Assembly: GCA_963934795.1 (NCBI GenBank)
Contig: CAWWAF010000007.1
Coordinates: forward strand, 512-64,511
Length of the DNA: 64,000 nucleotides
Direction of reading: 5' to 3'
Source of the DNA: an uncultured bacterium
GTDB taxonomy: Bacteria > Acidobacteriota > Vicinamibacteria > Vicinamibacterales > UBA8438
Shown: positions 1 to 8,093 of the stretch, piece by piece
How the letters are laid out: each line of letters starts with the position of its first letter
Position numbering within the stretch: position 1 is the first letter of the stretch
Notes under the pieces: model-generated
Told to the model about the DNA's origin: nothing
Database searches by the model: none
What the model saw: only the letters and a program-made list of their open reading frames with translations
Translations under genes and position numbers: made by a program

Positions 1-289
1 GGAATCGCGCGTCCGGGAACGGCAGGTGGGTCACGGTCGCCTGCCCGACCTGGCGTCCGGCGGCTCGAGCGCGTCGCACGCCGGCCCAGGCGCGGTCGAC
101 GCCGCGGGCCTCTCCATACCCGGCCAGGACCCCAAGATTGGTGCCTGTGCCGCAGCCACAATCCAGAATCTGCGGGTCCGTGTCGCCCGCAACCGCTCGC
201 TCGATGAGCGGCCGCACGAAGCGCCGAAGGCCTCGGAACCAGAAGTGCTGCTGTTCCGCCCGTGCGGTCGCGTCCAACAACCGGTCCAT
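1..289 (-). CDS. Class I SAM-dependent methyltransferase, N-terminal part (runs off the left edge; absent from the ORF track)
   Basis: Manual translation from ATG 289: MDRLLDATARAEQQHFWFRGLRRFVRPLIERAVAGDTDPQILDCGCGTGTNL...HLPFPDARF; SAM motif I (ILDCGCGTG) and post-II LPF motif. Confidence 0.85.
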   Translation of the reverse strand, partial: MDRLLDATARAEQQHFWFRGLRRFVRPLIERAVAGDTDPQILDCGCGTGTNLGVLAGYGEARGVDRAWAGVRRARAAGRQVGQATVTHLPFPDARF

Positions 290-356
290 GGGTCAGGCCG
301 CCCCGAGGGTACGCCATACAATCGCCGAAGACCGACGTGCAGAGCAGATAGGTAAG

Positions 357-1403
357 ATGGCTGAGAACATGATGGGCGACGACAACGCGTCATTCTACAA
401 GGGGCGACGCGTCTTGATCACGGGTGGACTCGGATTCATCGGGAGTAACCTCGCGACCCGCCTGGTGGCAGTCGGCGCCGACGTGCTCCTGGTTGACTCC
501 CTCACGCCGGACTACGGCGGCAACCTATTCAATATCGCGCCGATCCGGGACGCGGTGCGGGTCAACATCTCGGACGTCCGGGATGCCAACTCGATGCAGC
601 ATCTGGTGCAGGACCAGCAGGTCATCTTCAATCTCGCCGGTCAAGTGAGCCACGTCGACAGCATGCGAGACCCGTATACCGACCTCGAGATCAACTGCCG
701 GAGCCAGTTGTCGATTCTCGAAGCCTGTCGGCATCACAACCCGTCGGTCAAGGTCGTCTTCGCGGGCACCCGGCAGATCTACGGGAAGCCCGACGCGCTC
801 CCGGTCACCGAGGAGCATCTGGTCCGCCCCATCGATGTCAACGGCATCAACAAGGCCGCCGGCGAGTACTACCACCTGGTCTACAACAACGTGTTCGGTG
901 TGCGGTCGTGCTCGCTGCGGTTGACGAACGTGTACGGACCACGGCAACTGATGCGGCACAATCGTCAGGGGTTCATCGGCTGGTTCATCCGTCTCGCGGT
1001 GGAAGATCGGGAGATTCAGCTTTTCGGTGATGGGTCGCAACGGCGAGATTTCGTCTACGTGGACGATGCCGTAGACGCGTTTCTTCGCGCGGGCGCGTCC
1101 GACGCCTGCAACGGTGAGGTATTCAACGTCGGGGGCAGCGGACCGGTCTCCTTGGGCGAGCTGGCGACGCTGTTGGTCGAGGTGGCGGGCACCGGCCGCG
1201 TGCGCTTTGTGGACTGGCCAGCGGAGCGCCGGGCCATCGACATTGGAGACTTCTATGCCGACTCGTCCAAATTCAAACGCGCGGTGGGATGGTCTGGCAC
1301 GGTGCCCCTGCGCGACGGCTTGACCCGTACCGTCGCGTACTATCGGGACCACCTGTCAGAGTACATTGACGCACCGCTCGATACGCCGGCGGACGCACCA
1401 TGA
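357..1403 (+). CDS. NAD-dependent nucleotide-sugar epimerase/dehydratase (extended SDR)
   Basis: VLITGGLGFIGS Rossmann motif, FNLAGQVSH, NxxNK in place of YxxxK, LRLTNVYGP, RDFVYVDD; start moved from 138 to ATG 357. Confidence 0.9.
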   Translation: MAENMMGDDNASFYKGRRVLITGGLGFIGSNLATRLVAVGADVLLVDSLTPDYGGNLFNIAPIRDAVRVNISDVRDANSMQHLVQDQQVIFNLAGQVSHVDSMRDPYTDLEINCRSQLSILEACRHHNPSVKVVFAGTRQIYGKPDALPVTEEHLVRPIDVNGINKAAGEYYHLVYNNVFGVRSCSLRLTNVYGPRQLMRHNRQGFIGWFIRLAVEDREIQLFGDGSQRRDFVYVDDAVDAFLRAGASDACNGEVFNVGGSGPVSLGELATLLVEVAGTGRVRFVDWPAERRAIDIGDFYADSSKFKRAVGWSGTVPLRDGLTRTVAYYRDHLSEYIDAPLDTPADAP

Positions 1404-2515
1404 CCAACCAGCGCGTGAACTGGATCGATCTGCGTCCTCGAGAAGACGCCGAGGATGTCGCGGCGGCCATTCGGCGCGTTGTGGATCGCGGGTGGTTCGT
1501 CCTCGGCCCCGAGGTGGAGGGCTTCGAAGCAGAGTTCTCAGACGCCACGAGCAGCCAGCACACGGTCAGCCTCGCTTCCGGCACCGACGCCTTGACGCTG
1601 ACGCTCCGAGCGTTGGGCATCGGCCCAGGCGATGAGGTGATCACCACGCCGCTGTCGGCAGCCTTCACCGCACTGGCCATCATGATGGCAGGCGCACGAC
1701 CAGTGTTCGCGGACATCGACCCAGACCGTCTGACCGTGGACCCTGCCGCCGTCGAGTCCCTCATCGGGCCATCCACCGCCGCGATCATGCCGGTGCATCT
1801 GTATGGACAGCCGGCCGATATCCCGGCGCTCGCCCGGGTGGCGGACCAGCACGGGCTCGCCCTTATTGAAGACTGCTGCCAGGCACACTTGGCGACCTGC
1901 CAGGGCGTCCCTGTAGGCACGACGGGTATCGCCGCAGCCTACAGTTTCTATCCGACGAAGAACCTCGGGGCGTTCGGAGACGGCGGTGCCGTGTGCACGC
2001 GAGACGCGGCGCTCGACACCCGACTGCGGCGATTGCGCAATGGGGGCCAGACCACCCGGAACCACCACGTGGAGGCGGCCGCCCATTCGCGACTCGACGA
2101 GATGCAGGCCGCGGTCCTGCGTGCCAGGCTCCCCTATCTGGCTGGCTGGACTACCCGGCGCCGGACTCTGGCCGCCCAGTATCGAGCGGGCCTGACGGAC
2201 ACGACGGGCACAGCGGTCGTCGTTCCGCCAGCCTGTGATCCTGGCCACGTGTATCACTTATTCCCGGTCAGGACCGCCGACCGGGACGGTCTGCGAGAGC
2301 ACCTGCACGCGCGCGGCATCGACACGCTCATCCATTACCCGACCCCGCTCACGAACCAACAAGCATTCGCCGACGCGAGGCCCAATCATTGCCCGGTGGC
2401 AACCTCCGTCTGCGACGAGCTAGTCTCTGTCCCACTCTACCCGGGGCTGACGGACGCCGCCGTCACCCGGGTGGTCGGCGCGCTGACCGATAGCAGCCTC
2501 GGCGCAAGACGGTAG
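1400..2515 (+). CDS. DegT/DnrJ/EryC1/StrS family PLP-dependent sugar aminotransferase
   Basis: [35 protein letters not shown] (PLP lysine); ATGA overlap with the epimerase stop. Confidence 0.92.
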   Translation: MTNQRVNWIDLRPREDAEDVAAAIRRVVDRGWFVLGPEVEGFEAEFSDATSSQHTVSLASGTDALTLTLRALGIGPGDEVITTPLSAAFTALAIMMAGARPVFADIDPDRLTVDPAAVESLIGPSTAAIMPVHLYGQPADIPALARVADQHGLALIEDCCQAHLATCQGVPVGTTGIAAAYSFYPTKNLGAFGDGGAVCTRDAALDTRLRRLRNGGQTTRNHHVEAAAHSRLDEMQAAVLRARLPYLAGWTTRRRTLAAQYRAGLTDTTGTAVVVPPACDPGHVYHLFPVRTADRDGLREHLHARGIDTLIHYPTPLTNQQAFADARPNHCPVATSVCDELVSVPLYPGLTDAAVTRVVGALTDSSLGARR

Positions 2516-2570
2516 TACCGGATCATTGCGTAGACCACCACCCCTGGCACGCATTCACGGAAGCAGACTA

Positions 2571-2801
2571 GTGCACGGCGACGACGAAGATACGCAGACC
2601 TATCGGGTCGTGGTTAACCACGAAGAGCAATACTCGATCTGGCCCGACACCAAAGACAATCCGCCCGGCTGGCGCAACGTCGGAACAACAGGCTCAAAGG
2701 CGAAGTGCCTGGACTACATTTCCGAGGTGTGGACCGACATGCGACCGCTCAGCCTCAGGCAACAGATGGCTGCGGCCGCGGCCGCAGCGAAGAAAGGCTG
2801 A
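2571..2801 (+). CDS. mbtH: MbtH-like protein (NRPS adenylation-domain accessory protein)
   Basis: [13 protein letters not shown]...PPGW...[17 protein letters not shown] with all three conserved Trp; GTG 2571 preferred as start (76 aa). Confidence 0.93.
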   Translation: MHGDDEDTQTYRVVVNHEEQYSIWPDTKDNPPGWRNVGTTGSKAKCLDYISEVWTDMRPLSLRQQMAAAAAAAKKG

Positions 2802-2825
2802 CGACGGCGTCGCGGTTGAGGTGGG

Positions 2826-2888
2826 CGAGCCACGGTAGGATGGTCGGATAATGGGGCGGCCGAGCCACGATAGGATGGTCGCATCATG
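2826..2888 (+). repeat. Imperfect 28-bp direct repeat, period 35, containing a TAGGAT -10-like box and an ATG in each copy
   Basis: 2826-2853 cgagccacggtaggatggtcggataatg versus 2861-2888 cgagccacgataggatggtcgcatcatg (25/28 identical). Confidence 0.8.
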
Positions 2889-3644
2889 ATGCGCCCGCAC
2901 AGCGCCCCGCCGCTGACGCTGCCCGCTGGCCACGCGCACCTGTGGTGGGCGATACCGGAACATTTCACCGACGCACGTGAACTGGCGCGCTATCGCGCGG
3001 TCCTGAATGATGAGGAGCGCCAGAAGACGGATCGGTTTCGTTTCGCTCGGGACCGGCAGCTCTGTCTCCTGGCGCGCGTACTCGCGCGCACGACCTTGTC
3101 CAGGTATGACAGCGTCGGCCCGGCAGACTGGCGCTTCCGCAGCAATCGCTACGGTCGACCGGCCATCGAGACGCCGACCTCATCGCTGCACTTCAACCTC
3201 TCCCACACGAACGGCCTGGTGGTGTGTCTCGTCTGCCGCGACCGCGAGGTCGGTGTGGATGTCGAGCCACGCAATCGCTCGGGCGAATGGCTCGACCTGG
3301 CCACCCGCTTTTTCTCGCCCGGGGAGGCCGCCGCACTGCGCCGGGTTGAGGCGCATGAGCGCCCCCGCCGGTTCCTCGAGTACTGGACCCTGAAAGAGGC
3401 GTACATCAAAGCACGCGGCATGGGTCTCGCGATTCCATTGGGCGATTTTTCCTTCGACTTGCCGCCTCAGCGTCCGAACGACGTGCGGATTCGGTTTGCC
3501 GCCACCCTCGACGACACCCCTGCGCGTTGGCAATTCGGCGTGGGCCCACTGGGCGATCACCATCTCGTCGCGACAGCGGTCGAGATCGATGCCGGCACCA
3601 CAATCCACATCACCACTCGCGAAGCGGCGAGCCCGCTCCTCTAG
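2886..3644 (+). CDS. sfp: Sfp-type 4'-phosphopantetheinyl transferase
   Basis: YGRP, FNLSHT, VGVDVE and WTLKEAYIKARGMGL motifs. Confidence 0.92.
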   Translation: MMRPHSAPPLTLPAGHAHLWWAIPEHFTDARELARYRAVLNDEERQKTDRFRFARDRQLCLLARVLARTTLSRYDSVGPADWRFRSNRYGRPAIETPTSSLHFNLSHTNGLVVCLVCRDREVGVDVEPRNRSGEWLDLATRFFSPGEAAALRRVEAHERPRRFLEYWTLKEAYIKARGMGLAIPLGDFSFDLPPQRPNDVRIRFAATLDDTPARWQFGVGPLGDHHLVATAVEIDAGTTIHITTREAASPLL

Positions 3645-3645
3645 T

Positions 3646-3723
3646 GGCCCGTGGCCACGGGCCGACCAGGACCGCCGTGGCGGGGCTCCTCAGTCGTGGC
3701 GCGCCCGCCGTGCGCACCACGAC
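3646..3723. terminator. Two GC-rich inverted repeats between convergent genes, possible bidirectional terminator
   Basis: Perfect 18-bp palindrome ggcccgtggccacgggcc (3646-3663) and hairpin gtcgtgg...ccacgac (3693-3723); no U-tract. Confidence 0.4.
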
Positions 3724-3724
3724 G

Positions 3725-4573
3725 TCAGCGGTGGTACTCGGGCCCGCCCGTCTGACGAGGGGTGGCCGGTCCAGGCAGGATTTCGCGCAGGTAGCCGTCG
3801 ATCCCGCGCTCGCGGTGCCAATGCTTGGGATATCCAAGCGACACCTCCTCGAACCGAACCCCGTCAACCCAATCGGTCGCGCGAATGTGCAGGTGCCCGG
3901 ACACGACCACCCGTGCCCCGAAACGCGTGTGCCACTGCTCGGTCAGCCGCGTGCCGCACCAGGGCGAAAACCGCGGAATACGGTGCAATCGCACGAGGTC
4001 CTGTCTGAGTGGATAGTGATTCACCAGAATCGACGGCGCCGTCGCGCAGGCCTCGGCCAGCCGCGCTTCGCTGTACGCCACCCTGGCGTGGCACCAGGCC
4101 GTGCGGCTCGCATACGGATCCGGCGCCAGGCATCGCTCGTCGGCGCTACGAATGCCGTCCTCCCAGGCCCACGCCACCGCGTCCTCCGGCGCCACAACGT
4201 CCGGTCGAAATGTGTAGTCAAAGAGGACGAACAGGGGAGCAATCACACACGGCGGATCCCCGGGCCAGACCACGTACGGGTCCTCGGGGGTGAGCACGCC
4301 GAATCGGCGACACACGTCGACCGCTGCCTCGTACTTCGCGACCCCCCGGGGCCCCTCACTCCGAGCACTCCAGAGCTCGTGGTTCCCGGGCACCCAGAAC
4401 ACTTTCGCGAACCGGTCGGTCGCCGCCGTCAGACCGAGTTCCAGATGGGCCAGCGTCTCTCCGACATCGCCGGCGAGAATCAGCCAGTCGTCCGGACGCG
4501 CCGGCCAGTCGGCAAGGGCCTCCCGATTGGGTCGGTGACCCAGATGCAGGTCCGCAAGCGCGTAGAGCTTCAT
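3725..4573 (-). CDS. pptH: Calcineurin-like metallophosphoesterase of the PptH (carrier-protein phosphopantetheine hydrolase) type
   Basis: ADLHLG, DWLILAGDV, KVFWVPGNHELW, TPEDPY, LFDYTF, VNHYPL, WCGT, GHLHI, FEEVSLGYP; these follow the motif order I recall for M. tuberculosis PptH (Rv2795c); adjacent to a PPTase. Confidence 0.75.
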   Translation of the reverse strand: MKLYALADLHLGHRPNREALADWPARPDDWLILAGDVGETLAHLELGLTAATDRFAKVFWVPGNHELWSARSEGPRGVAKYEAAVDVCRRFGVLTPEDPYVVWPGDPPCVIAPLFVLFDYTFRPDVVAPEDAVAWAWEDGIRSADERCLAPDPYASRTAWCHARVAYSEARLAEACATAPSILVNHYPLRQDLVRLHRIPRFSPWCGTRLTEQWHTRFGARVVVSGHLHIRATDWVDGVRFEEVSLGYPKHWHRERGIDGYLREILPGPATPRQTGGPEYHR

Positions 4574-4597
4574 ACGAGGGGAGGCGCAGCCGACGCC

Positions 4598-5701
4598 TTA
4601 CGGATGGCAGGGACGCGGCACCGACTCGCCGACATGGTAAATCGCACACTCCAGGGCACCGGACGCGTCCACCGAGACAAGACCGAACTGATTCACGATG
4701 TCGTTCGGGGGCATGGACGCACCCTGTTACACCCCTGTCCAACCACTCAGGTCCCACCCTCTGTCCGAGAAATCCGTCAGCGGATCCGAGACCGACCGAG
4801 CCAGACGACTACCGCCGGATGTACCGGAGACATTGACGCTGAGCATGTCACGCCCCCCGCGGGTGAGACGCAGGACTTCGTAGGTGTGCGTGTGTCCGGT
4901 CAACACGACATCGACACCACCGTCGATCAGTATCTCTGGCAGTGTTCGCTCGCCGTGGGCGGCGTAGGAACCATTCCAGAGACACCGGGCGTGACCCTCG
5001 TGTTTGGAGGCCGAGAGGATCGTCGTGTGGTGAAACGCGACCACCGTAGGTCCTTCCCAGGCTTGGGCCAGCTCATCGGCAAGCCAGCTCAGTTGCTCCG
5101 CCCCGCGCGCGCCAGCCGAATATCGTTCCCGGCAGGCCCCCCGGGCTGGATACACGAGATCGTTGCTGTCCAGCACCAGTAGCCGGAGCGGCCCCACGGT
5201 CTTCGCGTAATACAGGCGTTCCTCGCGAAACTGGTCGCGACCGATGACGTCGCCGAGGAATTCCACGACGTGCCCTTTCGCCGCCGTGTCGTCATCGTCA
5301 ATCTCGTGATTGCCAACGGCCAGCAGATAGGGCAACCCGTCGACCACCGACAAAATTTTCTCCAGCTGCACGAACTGGTCGCGGAAGGTGCCGTTTTCGA
5401 CGATGTCGCCGGTGTCGAGCAAGAACAGCGGCGGCGGTTCGAGCGCGCTGACCTGGCGAAGTAGCGCGTCCCATTCACCGCTCTTGGCCAGCCCCTTCTG
5501 ATCCCCGAAGATGGCAAAGCGGAACGGCGGCTGGGTCGCCTGCGTGACGCTGTCAAAGGATGGATGGGCCAACCGAGGGACCGGCTGCGAAGAACTACGG
5601 GCCCAATAGCATCCAGTAGACAGCACCACCGCCGACAACAGGCACGCCCAACGCGCCTGCGACCACATGCACCTGACCGTCGACACCTTACGCACGCTCA
5701 T
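4598..5701 (-). pseudogene. Lipoprotein calcineurin-like metallophosphoesterase interrupted by in-frame TAA at 4727-4729
   Basis: Lipobox LSTGC; FGD, DTGDIV, GNHE, FHH, GHTH motifs; the frame continues past the TAA for 42 codons (QGASMPPNDIVNQFGLVSVDASGALECAIYHV...) to TAA 4598-4600. Confidence 0.65.
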
Positions 5702-5786
5702 ATCACCAAGCGTACACGGAACCGGCCGCGACGCGCGCCCAGACCGGACCAGACGAGGGGACGTCTCTTGTGGAAACCTGATGATC

Positions 5787-5810
5787 GAACAAATGCGGAC
5801 GCGCGGCGTA
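5787..5810 (+). promoter_or_regulatory. Possible ECF sigma promoter upstream of the ABC operon
   Basis: GAAC-N16-CGTA, 20 nt before ATG 5830; short motif that could occur by chance. Confidence 0.25.
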
Positions 5811-5829
5811 TTACTGTCGAGGCGACACG

Positions 5830-6767
5830 ATGCAGACAACCATTCCGGCGGCGATTGAGTGCCACAAGCTCGTGAAGCGGTTTGCGGACAAGATCGCGGT
5901 GAACGAACTCGACCTGACGGTGCCGACGGGCAGCATCTTCGGGCTGCTCGGGCCGAACGGGTCCGGCAAGACATCGACCATCCGCACCACCCTCGGTATC
6001 TACGTGCCAGATGGCGGCTCGGTCAGTCTTCTCGGTGCCGCTGATCCGCTTGCGGTCAGGCATCGGGTCGGCTATCTCCCGGAGGAGCGCGGACTCTACG
6101 CACGGATGCGGGTTGGAGAACAGCTGGCGTTTCTCGCATCCATTCGCGGACTGGACACCCAAGAGGCGCAACGGCGCGCCGACGATTGGCTCGAACGCGT
6201 CGGACTGTCCGCCAATGCCCAGTCGCTGACGAGCGAGCTATCCAAGGGGATGCAGCAGAAGGTGTAGTTCGCAGCCGCGGTCATCCATGACCCGGACCTG
6301 ATCGTCCTCGACGAGCCCTTCACCGGGCTCGACCCGGTCAACACGCGGTTACTGAAGGAGCTGATTTTGGAACAGCACGACCGTGGCGCCACGGTGGTGA
6401 TCTCCACGCATCGTATGGAGCAGGTGGAGGCACTGTGTGACGCGATCTGCCTCATTCACAGGGCCGGCCGGTCCTGGAGGGGAATCTTGCCGCCATCAAG
6501 GCCGGCTACGGGCGAAACACCATCGCCGTCGAGTATCACGGGAGTCGGGGAACGCTCGGTGCGCTCGCCGGCATCCGGCGCTGCGAAGACACGGGGCACG
6601 AGGCCCGTCTGGAACTCGAACCGGACACGGACCCCCAGACCGTGATGCGGGCGGTGCTAGTTCGGGTAGCGATTCAGTCGATCAAGCTGGACCACTCGCA
6701 CATCGAGGAAATCTACTTGGCAACCGTCGGACACCGAGACGCCTCCCCGGAGGGAGCCACGCGATGA
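5830..6767 (+). pseudogene. ABC-2 type exporter ATP-binding subunit, broken by TAG (6265-6267) and a 1-bp deletion in the G-run at 6461-6463
   Basis: Walker A GPNGSGKT; signature LSKGMQQKV*FAAAVIHDPDLIVLDEPF (Walker B follows the stop); adding one G restores HRGRPVLEG...EEIYL to TGA 6765-6767, which overlaps the permease ATG. Confidence 0.88.
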
Positions 6768-8041
6768 CGAATCTGACACAGATCGCGAAGATCGCCCGCC
6801 GCGAATATCTGGCTCGGGTGCGGAGCCGAGCGTTCATCTTCATGACCATTCTCGTCCCGGGTTTCATGGTGGCGTACGGCTTCGTCATGCCCGCGATCTT
6901 CTCGGGGTCCGGCACCGAGGAACTGCGGGTGGCGGTCGTCGATACCGGCACGGGATTGACGACGCCACTGGTCAATCACCTCGGCGACATCGAGCGACCG
7001 CGTGTCGTCGTCACTACTCAGGCGGCGATACCGGACGACTCGGAGACATCGCGCGCGCCGTTCACAACGGCGGTCCGTGACGAGGACATCGACGGATACC
7101 TGCTCCTTCAGGAGGACCCGGAGATCGTCGCCCGAGGCCGCTACTACGCTCGCGAGACCGGCAACCCCACTGTGCTCCGCGCGCTCGAGCGCGCCGTGGA
7201 AGCGACGGTGCTGGACGAGCTGCTCGTCGATACGGGGGTCGACGTCGATCAGGTGCGCTCACTCCAACGCGCAGACCTGGCCACCGTGACGGTCTCGGCC
7301 GACGGCGAGAATGCGGGTGGGTTCCGGGCGACGTTCGTCAGCACGTTCGTCCTCGCCATGCTCCTCTATATGGCAGTGCTCATCAACGGCCAGGGTATGG
7401 CCATGGCGATCGTGGAGGAGAAGTCATCACGGTTAATCGAGGTCATCCTCGGCGCCGTGACGGCGACAGAGTTCATGGCCGGCAAGATTCTGGGGGTCCT
7501 CGCGTCCGGGCTCACCCAGCTCGGCGTCTGGGGGCTCGCCTCACTCTTCGCGCTGCTCTACGCGATGCCGATGCTGTCCATCGGCGCAGATCTGACGGGC
7601 TTCGACTTGAGCACGGTTCTCGACGGACGCCTCCTGTTTTACTTCTCGGTGTTCTTCGCCCTGGGCTATTGCCTGTATTCGATTCTCTTCGCGACTATCG
7701 CGGCCACCTGCACCAGCACGGAGGAACTCAGCCAGTCTATGTTCGCGGCGGTCCTCCCGATGGTGCTGGCGCTCATGTCGACGTTATACGTCATCGCCAA
7801 CCCGAGCACGACAGCGGCTCGGGTCCTCAGTCTGTTCCCCCCCTTCACGCCATTGGTCATGCTGGGCCGCGTCAACGTCCTCCCACCGCCGCTCTGGGAA
7901 GTCTGGCTGAGCATCGGACTGCTCGTGCTGGGGATCGTCGCCTCCGGTTGGGTCTCGGCCAAGGTCTTTCGCTACGCGCTCCTGATGCACGGCAAACGAC
8001 CGACGCTCCCCGACCTGCTCGGGGTCATTCGCGCGTCGTAG
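6764..8041 (+). CDS. ABC-2 type exporter permease (NatB/YhaP-like)
   Basis: IARREYLARVRSRAF N-terminus, VEEKSSRLIEVIL motif, GKILG, multiple TM helices; true start is ATG 6764, not 6437. Confidence 0.9.
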   Translation: MTNLTQIAKIARREYLARVRSRAFIFMTILVPGFMVAYGFVMPAIFSGSGTEELRVAVVDTGTGLTTPLVNHLGDIERPRVVVTTQAAIPDDSETSRAPFTTAVRDEDIDGYLLLQEDPEIVARGRYYARETGNPTVLRALERAVEATVLDELLVDTGVDVDQVRSLQRADLATVTVSADGENAGGFRATFVSTFVLAMLLYMAVLINGQGMAMAIVEEKSSRLIEVILGAVTATEFMAGKILGVLASGLTQLGVWGLASLFALLYAMPMLSIGADLTGFDLSTVLDGRLLFYFSVFFALGYCLYSILFATIAATCTSTEELSQSMFAAVLPMVLALMSTLYVIANPSTTAARVLSLFPPFTPLVMLGRVNVLPPPLWEVWLSIGLLVLGIVASGWVSAKVFRYALLMHGKRPTLPDLLGVIRAS

Positions 8042-8093
8042 GGACCGACGCTCGGAGGTAGACTGGGGCCTGCGCAATCGTGCGCCGAACGGA

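Noticed and set aside
6437-6763. 109-residue N-terminal extension of the permease in the ORF track
   Set aside because: It is an off-frame reading of the ABC ATPase tail; the real start is 6764
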